64,000 nt of DNA from Eledone cirrhosa (Eukaryota): the NCBI GenBank assembly GCA_964016885.1, contig OZ024740.1, positions 75,516,001-75,580,000 on the forward strand, written 5' to 3'. The translations under genes and the position numbers were made by a program. This document shows positions 1 to 13,400 of this stretch, in pieces. How positions within the stretch are numbered: the first letter of the stretch is position 1; every line of letters begins with the position of its first letter. The notes under the pieces are model-generated. The model saw only the letters and a program-made list of their open reading frames with translations. It searched no databases and was not told the origin of the DNA.

Positions 1-1500
1 TTCAGTTGATGCTTTTGTTGTATTTTTTCTGTGTCTTTTTTGCTTCTTGGATTTTTGGAGTTCCTTTTCATCCTCACTTGGAGATGTAGAGGTTCCGTGT
101 CTGAGGTGTTATCATTGTGTGTAGGTGGGAGGGGTATGTTGTGTGGTGGTGGAGTATTTGTGTGTGTGTTGTGGGAGTGTTGGACAGAGGGGGAAGGGGT
201 GGGACAGAGTTCTTCAGGGGAATTTTTGGTGGGGTGTCTATTGTGGTTTGTGATGGTTGGGTGACTGTTGGTGGTTTGGGGGTTGTGTTTTTGTTTTGTT
301 TTAGGGTGTGTCTGTTGTAGTTTTGGGGTTGGCAACAACGCCTCTTTTGTTTTTCAACATCCAGCATTGGGCAAAATACTTTTAAATGTGTGTTTTTTCC
401 ACATTTGAAACATGGTTATCATCCACCGGCACCCTTTCCGGTATTTTTTCAATCCTCTCCGGTTTCATTTGAACCAAAAGCTCCATTGAGGTCCCATTCC
501 AGTTCTGTCGGATTGATTTTTTTTACAGAGAGGAGGTTGTCTTCACCCTCCTCCAAAAAACCACCCATGATCCACCAAATGTTGGTGTTCGGCTGGATCT
601 GGGAGATCCTTATTTTATGGGTTCTTCTTCTCATGTATGTTGGGAAGAAGATGCGTTGGCTCGTTCTAATTGGAGCCACCGAATATTTCTGGGCGCAAGC
701 CTCGCCTTTAAAGAGCATCGAGATGCTCCCGTTCTGCTTGGCCCTCTGGAGGTAAGCAATGTCTGGCATTGCCTCCTTTAGTGTGGTTTCCACCGTGCTA
801 TTGCTTAAAGCCATAGGTTTTTTGGTTTGTGACCAGATCGTCCGGAATAAAATTGTTTTTCTTCGCGGCCCTAATTTCCGGTGGGGTACTTATTCGAAAG
901 CCGTTACCTTCGAAAGTTATATGTTGCGCAGCGTCCTTTAGGTGCTGCGCTTGGTTTGACAGATCTATTTCTATAAACTCTGTCTCTTTGGCAAGGCTTT
1001 CTGCAAACGTTTTTTTTTTTTTGTGTTTGATTGTTTTCGTTTGTGTTGGAGTTGTGTTTTTGTTGTTATTGTTATTGTTGTTGCTGGTGGTGCCGGTTGT
1101 GTTGTTTTTGTTCATTGTTTCACACTTTTGGTTTTGGTTTTTCTGCCATGGCAACGTCAAGTTGTTGGTCATCAGGTGAGGAAAATCTTTCCTCTCTTTG
1201 GCCTTTGTCTGAGACATCTGATACTATGACAGTGGAAGGGGGAAGCTGTAAGCATATCTTCCATTTCCTTCCTTCGAATGTTGGTGAAGAAGTTGTTGTT
1301 GCTTCAGGCATTTTTTTTAAAACGTTAGTTTTTCCCAAAAAATGTTTTCTTTCATGAACTATTTCGCCTAAAAGCGTAGAATATTTTGAGAGACTGACCA
1401 GATCAAAATTTGACCTGGCAGTCCCTCTATGAATTGGTATAAAAATGAGGGCTCACAGTCAAGAAGCAAAACTTACCCAGCAAGTTTCACACGTTTCATC
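1..1500 (-). mobile_element. 5' part (degenerate ORF1) of a Tx1/L1-like LINE, running off the window start
   Basis: Minus-strand 371-412 encodes CFKCGKNTHLKVFC, a CX2CX4HX4C gag knuckle. It is flanked by K/T/P/N-rich low-complexity ORF pieces (74-367, 449-814, 798-1217), the same layout as ORF1 at 55.0-56.2 kb. Confidence 0.65.
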
Positions 1501-1627
1501 TATCCCGAAAATAGATAGATAGATGTTTTTATGCGTGGATGAATACACACTTCGGTGTTATTTATAAATGGCTGCTATATATCTAGAATATATGTATGTA
1601 TGTATATATGCGTGTGTATGTATACAT

Positions 1628-1709
<82 letters not shown>

Positions 1710-1768
1710 ATATAAATATATATATATATGTGTGAGTGTGTGTGTGCGTGTGTGTGTGTGTGTGTGTT

Positions 1769-2418
<650 letters not shown>

Positions 2419-2461
2419 GAGAGAGAGAGGGGGTATGTGTATGTGTGTGTGTGTGTAAAGA

Positions 2462-2700
2462 CGCGTGGCCGGCCTAGTGGTTTGAGTGTTGGACTTGCGA
2501 CTATAAGGTCGTAAGTTCGATTCCTAAACCGCATTGTGTATTGTGTTTGTTGCAAAACACTTCATTTCACGTTGCTTCGGTATACTCAGTTGAAATTGAA
2601 TACCACCAGTAGCTGGGAGTTTTAACTCTGCGATGGACTGGTGTCATGTTCAGGAAACTGAGATAAGCACCGTCTTCATGATCTTGCGGGCTCTAGAAAA
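2462..2700 (+). mobile_element. tRNA-derived SINE with CORE-like body (family S1)
   Basis: A-box ggcctagtgg, B-box gttcgattcc, then gcaaaacacttcatttcacgttgct. Homologous to 6713, 18880 and 20460. Confidence 0.7.
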
Positions 2701-2767
2701 GAAAAATCTATATTGCGCAGACTTATCAACCTTCTTTCCGAGGTATACATAACTGTCTACTTCCTCG

Positions 2768-3085
2768 ATGGTCTTTCCATCCATAATAGCTCATGATGGT
2801 TTAGTATGGCTGTTAAACATGACCAAGATCAAGTTAGAAAGAGGAGCAAGGCAGGGATATATTTGCCCGAGAATATTTACATCTTGTTTAAAAGACGCTA
2901 TTTCCAACAGCTGGGAGAACAAGGATATCAACATACATGGTGGACTCCTATGCCACTTTAACTTCGTAGATGACATCATCCTAATAGCCCATACACTACA
3001 AGAATTGGAGGAGATGTTCAATGCTATCCACACTGTAGGCCAGCCAGTAGGCCTTAACATCCAACCTTGGAGAAAACAAGGTCAT
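2768..3085 (+). pseudogene. RTE-like LINE reverse transcriptase fragment
   Basis: IKLERGARQG..PRIFT and NFVDDIILIA..QELEEM match RT motifs. Confidence 0.75.
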
Positions 3086-3807
3086 GTAAGGAGCATAAAA
3101 TATCGAATTAGAATGACGTATGCGATGAGAAATACTCATTCGTTCAACGAGTATTTTCTTTTTAAATATCATTTCCGCAAATACGAAAAACAATTCCAGA
3201 TATGTTTCTGTATTATTAGATCTCCTCGGTGAACCAAATTATTCAACTTAATTCCTGAAGTAGTGATGAGAGGATCATCTAGTATATGTACACTATTATT
3301 CGTGGGTAGACGTAATATAATTTTACTTCATATCAATGACAAACGTGAATATCTCGGCAAATATTGTCGCCTTAAAATGAAACATTAATAAGAAATGCCA
3401 TTCATTTAATGCAATTACAAGGTTTATCAATGTTTAAATGTATAACTTTTATTATGTAAACATGCAAGTTGTACGCTTCAAAACAACATATATAATTATA
3501 CACCTCAGTTCCTCGTGTATGTATATGCGACAAGGCGACAATGTAATATAATATTAAAATAAATATCAACTGACTATTAATGAGGGAAAAACCATTGAAA
3601 CAAATCGGAATTAAATTTTACAAAATATATTTAACTATGGACACCATCTTGATAAAAAATAGTAGGCAATACGAACCACAGATAATGTTGCTATGTGGTC
3701 GCTCCGTCTGATTGACATAGTAGTTAAATCTCCCTCAAATCACATCTTATTGTCTTAAAAATAAATACATTGAATAAATAGTCCAAAATACACTATGATT
3801 GAATAAT

Positions 3808-4017
3808 GGCTTCTGATTTAGGCACAAGGCCAGAAATTTCGGGGAGGTGAAAGTCGATTAAATCTACCCCAGTGCATTACTGGTACTTTATTTTATCGAC
3901 CGGTAAGGATGAAAGCTAACCTCAGTGGGATTTGAAATCAGAACGTAAAGGCGTGTAACTCTATGCCACGAAGCGGGGTGTCCGACACTCTACCAATACT
4001 GCCAATCCACCGCCCAA
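3808..4017 (-). mobile_element. tRNA-headed SINE with Meta/MESC-like central domain (family S2)
   Basis: Reverse complement reads ggcggtggattggcagt...ttcaaatccc...ctttcatcctt...gtcgataaaataaagtaccag...ggccttgtgcctaaa. Confidence 0.75.
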
Positions 4018-4779
4018 CTATGATTGAATCATAGACGAAACGGAATGCCGATTTTAAAACAGGTTTTTTCATCAACAATGACAATATCCAACACGTAAAA
4101 ATCCTACAGATAATATATAAAATCTTCTTTATTGATACCATTGTAGCTAGCTATCATAAGAGTTTAGAAACCATCAGAAACCTAACATAACGGGTACAAA
4201 AATGTATCATTGCATGATTAGAAATTCAAAATATACAGCTATATAAATTCAAATTGGCGACAGAAAATATGAAAACGTTCAAAAATTAATAGAATTGGTA
4301 AACTTTTGTTCAGCATGAGGCTGTACATGACTCTGGAAGTCAACTTGTTTCTTGGTTCTTTTGTTAACTTACGCAAACGGAGTCTCCTGAAGAATGAATA
4401 TGACCTAACAAAAAACAAATTCTGATACACAATCTCGTAAAACGTGTAGCCATTTTGTTACGCCATCTGCACCAAATGATACACCAGCAATAAACTTAGA
4501 GTTAGGAGCTGAAGTTATACACAAATACACGACGAAATTACTTACTGTCCAGTCCCAAAGAGGTTGGCAAGAGCGAAGGAGCATAACGAATAGAAATAAT
4601 AGGGAATGTAGCCTCTGCTTCAATAAGAGAATGGACAACTTATGTTGGTAATGTCGCAAGTTTAGTACAAAAGTCCAACATTGAACCCTGCCGTGTTAAT
4701 TTGAAAGAAATGCCAATTTTAACATAGATAAGGAAACAATTACATCAATTGTCAAGTCAAGAGTACTCAAACTATATGG

Positions 4780-5000
4780 CATATAAAAAAAATCAACTTG
4801 TGATGTGAGTAGGTCATGCCTGGAAGGAAGGTTGGCTGCTAAGAGAAGCAGAGGCCGGCAGCCAAAACGATGACTTGACAATGTCAACTATGAACTGGAC
4901 TCTTTGAACTCTGCTGCTGGTGATCGAATTTTGTGGAGAAAGATATCACATGTTAATGCGCAGTCTGCAACTGGCGGAGTTTAGCGTCACAAGAAGAAGG
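4780..5000 (+). pseudogene. RTE-like LINE 3' end fragment
   Basis: LEGRLAAKRSRGRQPKR*LDNV matches the RTE C-terminal GxRxRGRP..W motif, followed by a short aagaag tail. Confidence 0.55.
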
Positions 5001-5849
5001 AAACAGCCAGATATTCGAGGCGATGAAAAGTGCTGGATAACAAACTCCTTGCTGGTAAACTGCACTATCACAATACTCTCGGTTTTGCACCATTCAAATC
5101 ACTGCTTCAAATAAATAGCTCTTCGTTTACTGACCACCATTGTCTGTGTGCATGTGTGTGTATGTGTGTGTGAATGTATGTATGTCTGTGTGCATTATTT
5201 GCGCGTATGCATGTACAGATACGCCATTTCGACCATACATATATACAATCGTACATACAAATGGTCACATATTGTATAGTACTATATACATATGTGTATG
5301 TGTGTGTGTATGACTATTATGTATTATGGTATGTATATCAATGTATGTGCGTATGTATGACTATTATGTATACGTATATATATGGGTGTGTGTGTGTGTG
5401 TGTGTGTGGCTATTTTATATGTATTAAACGTCTCTAATTGCAACTAGTGTAGCAGTAGTAACTATAATTTATCCCTATTTTGCACAAGTGTTTGGGTGTT
5501 TCCCCAAATACTGATGAATTCTTTCAAATGCATGCTACAATTCCGACATTTTTCAGATTGGGTGTAGCTTGGGTTGACTGTGGCCTGGTCAGGGTGTGAG
5601 GTTATGTGAATGAACATGTTTTTGTTTATACAAAATTGCAACTGTATTAGAAAATATTATTTTGTGCTTTGATTTTTCTATTATTTCTCTACCACTCTCA
5701 TATAGTTTACTCTCATATTCACACCAATCTCTAATACTACAATATTTCTTTCCTTTGCTACATTTCTCTCTCACTCGCTATATTTTTCTTTCATTCGCTA
5801 CGTTTCTCTCTCACTCACTTCACTCCTCTTCTATTATTGTTGCATTGAC

Positions 5850-6055
5850 AGGGTCGTTCGAGCGGTATTTATACGGCTATTTGTGCTCTGAGTTCAAATC
5901 CGTCCCAGTTAAACTTTGCCTTTCAGTCTTTCGACGTTAATAAAATAGAGTGCAAGTACAAACCAGAGGATTGGCGGAATTATTAGAGCGTCAGATGAAA
6001 TACCTTGCGGTATTTTCTCAGAATCTTTACATCCTAAGTTCAAATTCTACTGCGA
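5850..6055 (+). mobile_element. Two degenerate S2 SINE fragments
   Basis: ctgagttcaaatcc...aactttgcctttca and ggattggcgg...aagttcaaattc. Confidence 0.5.
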
Positions 6056-6464
6056 CATACTTGGTAGCAGACATAACCTGTTGCTAGGTTTAACAACACA
6101 TCTTGGCTCTTGGAGGTTTTTAGCGAGGTGCCGTATATTGTAAACATTCTCGACAAGTCTCCGGTTTGAAGATATTATCATCTCTTCCCCTATCAGTCCC
6201 GGAGGCTCTGAAAAGGATCATGGACACTGCTTTTCCCTCCCTGATAAAATAGTTTTAAAAAACTCTCGACCTGTTTCCTTCTACATCTCTCTCTCTCTCC
6301 CTCTCTCTGTCTCTCCCTCTCTCTTTCTCAATCTATGTATCTATTCCGCCACCAGACGCTCTTATTTCTTTATTTATTTCCTTCTCTTTCTAATGTTTTA
6401 GTCCCTTTATTTTACTTTCATATGATCTCTATTTCTCCCTCACTCTCATCTCATACCACTCTAT

Positions 6465-6499
<35 letters not shown>

Positions 6500-6712
6500 G
6501 CACACACACACACACACACTTATCCTTCGCTCACTCTACGCCCCTCTCACTGCATTTCTCTCTCCTTTGTCTCTTTTCTTTCATATTTATATTTGTTCTC
6601 AGTAAAATATTCTCGCAAAACTGCTAATTTGAAGCTTTAGTCAATTGTATAAAGATTTACTTAAAAAGCTGTGTTATATGTTCTTCAGTCATATAAAATA
6701 TTGTATTAAAAT

Positions 6713-6930
6713 GCGTGGCCTAGTAGTTACGGTAGTGGTCTCACAATCGTACTGTTGTCGGTTCGATCACCATACTTTATTTCACTTTGCTCCAGTTCAC
6801 TCGGCTGAAACTGTACCACCAACCTTACGGCGGACTGATGTCCAGGTGAATGGAAAGTGTTACTCTCCGTCATTTAACGCCACATGAAATCGGAAAATAC
6901 GGACGTAAAATCCTATGGGAAATATATTAA
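6713..6930 (+). mobile_element. S1 SINE copy
   Basis: gcgtggcctagtag...ggttcgatc...ctttatttcactttgctccagttcactcggctg. Confidence 0.6.
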
Positions 6931-7139
6931 ATGTAATAATGTATCTAGAAAGGAACCAGTTCCCCTTTGGTCTGCTAATTATTTCATATGTACTGGCATG
7001 GCACTTCATCCAGAAACTGGGGACTTTGTCAACCACATGGGCTTTCCAGTTGCTTACAGCTCCAGGTTTATGGCGGCCGTAGTTTGCAGAGTGTATATAT
7101 AGAATGAAAAACTTGGGATGGGACCATCCATGTAAACTC

Positions 7140-7227
7140 GCATATCTGAAGAGGTGTCGATTAAGAGTCGGGATCCGATCTCATGATCAAACCCGAGCTA
7201 ATCGGTATCGAAACAGTTGTAATATGC
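7140..7227 (+). ncRNA. Type I hammerhead ribozyme
   Basis: gcatat-CTGAAGA-ggtgtcgatta...taatcggtatc-GAAA-c agtt g-TA-atatgc. All three helices pair. Confidence 0.8.
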
Positions 7228-7296
7228 AATAAAGTTCCAAAAGAAGCTGCAAATCTGACTTCCTATTCTCTCTCCCCTCTCACTCTCCCTCCCCCC

Positions 7297-7334
<38 letters not shown>

Positions 7335-7541
7335 GATTATTGCCAAAAGCACTCTACCAGTGTGCTTTCAAATGGAAAACAAATTCAGTACAGCAAATAA
7401 TAAAAAATAAAATAAATCGAACTAGGTAAAAACAGAGAAAGTTCAACCTACAGTTTAAATGCAGTATAGTTTACCGGAAGTTAAAATACTTAGGAGACGA
7501 AGCAAGTCGAATAGAACAGACATAACTTCGGCCATACATAC

Positions 7542-7576
<35 letters not shown>

Positions 7577-7578
7577 TG

Positions 7579-7625
<47 letters not shown>

Positions 7626-7634
<9 letters not shown>

Positions 7635-8048
7635 TAAAAGGAAAAGAAAATGCTGACAAATTTTTCCCAGTGAAAAATAGTTTAATTAGGAATAAGTATA
7701 AATTAGTAATAAGTATTGGTTAATATTCAGTTTTAGTTTTAAGTTTTTACCGGTTGCGCATTTCTAATGCTTTTCAAAAATAATTTTGAGATAGAGCGCC
7801 CCGTGATGTTTGCTCTAATCTGATTATAGCAAACATCACGGGCGCTCTATCTCAAAATTATTTTTGAAAAGTATTAGAAATGCGCAACCGGTAAAAACTT
7901 AAAACTAAAACTGAATATTAACCAATACTTATTACTAATTTATACTTATTCCTAATTAAACTATTTTTCACTGGGAAAAATTTGTCAGCATTTTCTTTTC
8001 CTTTTACTAATATATCACAACTCGTGTGTTACACCTCTATTCTTTTAA
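7626..8048. mobile_element. Fold-back PLE pseudo-LTR (about 190-bp arms plus a one-sided tail), family P1
   Basis: 7626-7820 is the near-perfect reverse complement of 7822-8015. The unpaired tail 8016-8048 is followed by (TA)n. Same sequence family as 20836, 36601 and 39095. Confidence 0.8.
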
Positions 8049-8099
8049 ATATATATATATGTGTATAGATTTAATATATATATATGTGTATAGATTTTT

Positions 8100-8940
8100 T
8101 TTTCTTTTATGATCCACTGTGCTTTTATTGTGCTAAACATTTCATATTCCTTTACAGTAATGATTGAATTTCCGTTCATGCTGGTGCTATGTTTTTTTTT
8201 GTTTTTTTTGTTAGTATTACTGTAAAATCTTTTGATATTTGACACAAATACTTCTTCCAGTCTTTATTGTTATACTTTTCAATCATTGTTTGTTTGTTTT
8301 TGTTGTTGTTGTTGTTTTTTTTTGTTTTTTTTTTTTTTGGGGGGGGGGGGTCTGTTTTATGCTAAACTCCATCCCCGCTTTTTCCAGTTAACTAAGTAAG
8401 GTCTTTCAGAGTGTCGGGGGGGGAATATTTTTTATGTAGTATATTTTTTTTCTATTTTGATGTGTATCTAAGAAATGTCCGACTATATTAGAATCAAGCC
8501 AAGTTTCTGTTGACATAGCCAGTACTTCTAAATATATGAAATCACATCATTCACTTTATCGATATTTCGGTAGTTTTTTTACGATGACAGAATTTTTGTT
8601 AGCGTGTATCTTGAGCTTGGTTTTGTTATTCACTTTAATTTTCTATATTAATTATGCCAAGACCTCATAAATATCAACTCTCTTGTTATATATGTTTCTG
8701 TTATGTGTATAGTTGATGGTATATTTTTTGTTTTAGCTGTGTATTTCATTGAATGCATTTCTCTGATCTGATCTTCATCAAAATTTTAGATATTAAATTA
8801 TTTTTTGGTTGTGCCTGTTTTTAATTAGCAGCAATACTTTGTTTCTTATTTGATGTATTATATATATTCATTGTATACTGAGGGTTTGTTTATTGTAGTC
8901 TCCTTCACTGTTGTGCAACTCTTTCTTCTTGTGGAATGTG
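8100..8940 (-). pseudogene. Highly degenerate LINE fragment (APE-like), probably continuing at 9830-10130
   Basis: The minus strand near 8490-8530 reads VLAMSTETWLDSNI (APE xTETWL motif) and is A-rich. The rest is unreadable. Confidence 0.3.
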
Positions 8941-8952
8941 ACGCGTTTCCTA

Positions 8953-9281
8953 AGGCGGCGAATTGACAGAGTCTTTAGAACGTCGGATAGAATGCCTTAT
9001 GGTATTCCTTCCGGCTCTCTGCTCTCTGAGTTCAAATCCCACCGATGTCAACTTTACCTTTCATCCTTTCCAGGTCGATAAAAAAATCGTACCAGTCTAG
9101 TACTGGGGTCGATTCTTCCTCTATATCTCTTTCTCATTTCCTCTCTCCCACTCTTTATCTTTCTCTGAAAGACATCTACTGTACTCAGGGGTGGGGAGGG
9201 ATAGGCTCCGGCAGACTTAAAATGCCCAAGAAACGCCATAGGTCAATACGGCGCCCTGGCGTCTCTATCAGGAGTTACGGG

Positions 9282-9285
<4 letters not shown>
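8953..9285 (+). mobile_element. S2 SINE with alternative 3' tail and 12-bp TSD
   Basis: aggcggcgaattgacag...gagttcaaatccc...tttcatccttt. The 12-mer acgcgtttccta occurs at 8941-8952 and 9818-9829. Inverted homolog at 24965-25265. Confidence 0.75.
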
Positions 9286-9310
<25 letters not shown>

Positions 9311-9315
<5 letters not shown>

Positions 9316-9722
9316 AGTTAATATAAATTAATATATGATAAACACGTAAGTGTTTGCATTGCAAAAGACTAAGTTAGCTAGAATGAAATAAACTAATTAA
9401 AATAAATATAGTTTGTCCGTCTCGATATAAATCGATAAAAACAAGCTCATATTGGCAAAAGTTCATATTGGCAAAAGCCGTGATTCCTGGACAAATTTAA
9501 ATTTGTCCAGGAATCACGGCTTTTGCCAATATGAGCTTGTTTTTATCGATTTATATCGAGACGGACAAACTATATTTATTTTAATTAGTTTATTTCATTC
9601 TAGCTAACTTAGTCTTTTGCAATGCAAACACTTACGTGTTTATCATATATTAATTTATATTAACTTGTATTTCACGGCTCAGAAATGCTTCTTTCTTTGA
9701 GGTAATTAATTGTAAATGACTC

Positions 9723-9726
<4 letters not shown>
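9311..9726. mobile_element. Fold-back element (about 172-bp arms, no loop, one-sided tail) inside (TA)n, family P2
   Basis: 9311-9498 is the reverse complement of 9499-9670, with a 16-nt duplication in the left arm. Tail at 9671-9726 and (TA)n on both sides. Confidence 0.75.
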
Positions 9727-9819
<93 letters not shown>

Positions 9820-10309
9820 GCGTTTCCTATGTGATGATTTCATTAATTTCTGTTAGATTCTCTTTTTATGTGTAACCAGCTGTTTTATTATATTTTTAAT
9901 GTGTATTCCTTCTTGTCATTTATTAGAAATCTTCGTGCATTTACAAGCGTGTTCATTCATTCCTTTATATCTCCTGTGTTTCTTTTATGCTGATCCTGTT
10001 TGTTAGAGAGTGTTGATGCCACCGTTAGGCACAGCATCCATAGTATGTGAAACACATTCAATACAATAGAAAAAACAAAATACTCAAAGTAACCACAACA
10101 CACAGAGAGTGAAAAGAAGTCCACTTACATATAAATATATAAACTTGTCAAATGTATGTGGTAGTCAGCTTGAGTCTTTTTCGCTTTTTTCCACAACTTT
10201 TCTCGACTTTGGAGTCGCCCAAAACATAATATTTAACATTTTAATCAACCGGAAAATATGGAAAGTATATATTAGGTGGATGAAAGAATGGTATTTAACT
10301 AATGTATTA

Positions 10310-13300
10310 GTACGCGATGGGGCCCACCCACAGCCCCGGCGGACAGAATGGAGAAGGCGTTTCCCCGGAGGACAGCAAGGGAGACGCGCTGGAAAAGCCA
10401 CTCCAACTCGCGGGGCTCACACCTACGGCTGGCCAGCTCAGCGCCTATGGTGGTGAGTAAGGAGGTAGCTCTGGGAGCCGAGTACACCAGAAGTTTCCAC
10501 TGCCAGAGGAACGACCGGAAACCTGTCGGAGGGCGACCGGTATTTGAGGAGTTTGGCCCCCTCAGCCCGACGTGCAGCAGAACCTGGGTCAGTCGCAGAC
10601 TGCACCAGGTTGCGGCTGCAGAAAGTGTCGGTGCAAGTGGCATCCCAGACGAGGGGTTTGCCACCCCGGAACGGGAAGAAGGTCATGCCATCTGGCCTTT
10701 TGCCGTCCCCTCGATCCAGCCCCACCGGCTCGAGCTGGGAAGGGAAGCCTGCAGCGTCCAATCCATGCTTAATGACCTCGTTGAGAGCAGTATGGCGTGG
10801 AATGCGGCCGGCACTGTGGCGACAGGAAAGCGGGTGGAGGCCGAAAGAGTCCACGGTGGAACCGCAGCGACATTGGTGTGGCTGGCAGATCCGGACGCCG
10901 ATTCGCAGGCTATGGTTGTCTAGCTCCGTGCCAGTGGAGAAGGAGGGCAGAGCATGGAGCCAGGAACCACTGTGGGGTTTGGAGGCCGCACGAAAACAAG
11001 AAAGGCGGTGCTGGTCGAGCTGGCGCGTGAGCCTGTCTGAGGCCAGGCTGCACTGGATGTCATCCCAAGTTCGTTGGGGGGGGGGGGGCTTGACGTCAAC
11101 AGGGGGAGAAGTAGGAGGGACGTCTACTGGGCTAAGTCCCAGCCGGTCCTACGTCTCACAGGCGGCCTCACGTTCTCTGAACACAGAGGGTTCTGTTGTG
11201 TTTTGAAGAACCCTGCTGACGAGGACGCGGCACGAGGTTACCGACGAAAGATACGCCGGCAAAGCTAGTGAGATCGGGGATCGGAGGCCTAGGCCACCAT
11301 ACCTGACCGTTAAAGTGGCCTGTTGCCACCCTATGTCGTCAATCTTGACGTTGCATATCCCCTCGGCTGCAGCTCGGATACAAGTATCGAGGTCAGCGAG
11401 GAGAGATGTCTGGGTGTAGCATGGAGCGCTGCGGGGTGTATAGAGGAGCTTCGGCATGGCGAAGCAGTTCCTCAGCAGAAAGAGAGCTGGGTGGCCGTCA
11501 ATCAAGCCCAGTCGGCTCGTGAGAGTCTGGAGCTGTTGAAGCATGGACCTGATGGTGGAGCGGATGGCCGGCGGGTGGATCGGTGACCAGAAGATGAGGA
11601 CATCCTCTTTGGGGGGGCACCTGAACCTGGCGGAGAATGGACTGCACGTCCAAGACGGAGGCTGCAAAGGTCGCAGCATCGAGGCTGACGTTCACCACCT
11701 GCGACTTGGCCGAGTTGACCTGGAGGCCGATTCCCGTCAGGGCAGGAATCACCCGATTGAAGGTCTTGGCAGACCGTCCGTACGGGCCCGCCCAACGTAG
11801 CATCATCCAGATACCAAACGTTGAGAGGGGCCGTGATACTCCGGGCGATGTGGTCAATACCAAAGGCGAACAGGAGGGGTCCCAAATGGTCGTCCTGTTG
11901 GACCTCAGTAGTCGAGGGTATGACCGTATCAGCAGCTAGGAGCATGCTCGGGGCTCCATATGACAGGTAGGCCAGCGGGTAGGCAGAGGGGGCTCGGCTG
12001 AGGCAGGCCTCGAGCAGATGATCCCGGCGTAAAGAGTTAAAGGCATTCCTCATGTCAAGCTTGACAATGAGGTGCCTGGAGTCCCTGGATGCCGGTACCG
12101 ATGGGCAGCTGCTGAAGAACTGCCTTATTGTATGAGAGGCTCCCTCACAGCCACCGGACACGCCGACACCCAGTTGTACCGGACTAAACTCCTCACCCAG
12201 TTCGTGTGTGGCGGACTTGCAGATCACCTTGGCAGCCAGCCTCCGGAAGACATTGCCCATAGCAATGGGGCGTATGCCACCCTCTTTCTTCCTGAGAGCG
12301 GTGAGGCTGGCCGAAAAAAAGAGGCCTCGGGCGTAAGGGTCGAGGGCACCATGAATGAGCCTATTGGTGAGCGCCACAATTGCACTCAGAAGGCGGCGCC
12401 CGGCCTCACCGGAGAGGGGGGATGTCAACTCCTTGAGGTGGCCTGATCGGAGACCATCAACACCTCCGCAGCGGCTAGCTGGGAAGGACCTGATGGCAGA
12501 CATGATATCTGCATCAGTAGCCACAAGGAGCAGGTGGGGGTCGGGTGGGGGTATGTGGCTGAGATCAGTGGGTGGCTCAGGGTGTTTGAGCCGTAGAGCA
12601 GCCAGGATCTCCTCGGTGGGTTGGAGGACAGTGTCCTCTGAGGCAACAACTCTGACTGCGGCCGAGACATCACCCATGATATGCTTTGCGTTTACCTGGT
12701 CACGCAAACGCTTGGTGCTGGCCTCGGGGGTGGAGGATAGGGGGTACTTGAGGGTGGGGTATGTGGCGTCCCTGGGCACGCTTGGAATGGGTGCTCGCCC
12801 AAATGACGAGACATTGGCCTTGACGAAGGTTGCTGTTGACCGGCCACCCCAGTCAGCGCCAGAGTTGGGGAGGCCGAGGGCGAGTGGGGCGAAATAGAAC
12901 AACCGCTCCCAGTCACTGGCTCGATTGGAGTCCAGGGCGCTCTCAATCGAGGAAGCAAGGGCATCGGCTACCGACACCCGTGCCGCTCTCGGGATCCTGA
13001 GTGGGATCGTCCGGAGCCGCCTGAGCCGAGCGATATTGACCAGCGAGGCTCGGGCGTCAGGCAAGCTCGCTGTGTCATCTGGTGGTGTGCCAGACGGCCG
13101 TGGCTGGGAAGACGTGTGGAAGAGGCAGCTCCTGCACCTCCACGCTGCGAGGGCATTGGAAGCTCGACGAGTCAAGCCAACGCAAGTGGTGTGGTGGAAG
13201 CAGCCGCACCCCACACAGTTCCGGCCCCTCTTCCGTTTGTTAGTGGTTCCGCAAGTGCTGCAGGTGTCGATTTGGAGGGGTGGGGTGGGGCGTGGGGCCG

Positions 13301-13400
13301 GGGACTGGGGCACCGAGCGGCATCAGGGGTGGGTGGCTAGTGTGAGTGGGTGGAAGGGAAAGTGTTGGTAAGAGGGCAGCATAGCTCACCTATATATATG
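10310..13400 (-). mobile_element. CRE-clade non-LTR retrotransposon (PHD finger - RT - CCHC - restriction-like endonuclease), frameshifted
   Basis: ORF 11502-13313 has IRPIAMGNVFRRLAAK, PVQLGVG, KLDMRNAFNS, QQDDHLGPLLF and WYLDD. 11149-11679 has LTVRYGGLGLR. 10438-10900 has CRC..D..G.H.L.C....GRIPRH and RPDG..WDAT (RLE). Confidence 0.9.

Noticed and set aside
10348-13371. Plus-strand ORFs over the CRE element (and antisense ORFs over other LINEs and PLEs)
   Set aside because: Shadow frames of GC-rich coding sequence with no recognisable motifs.
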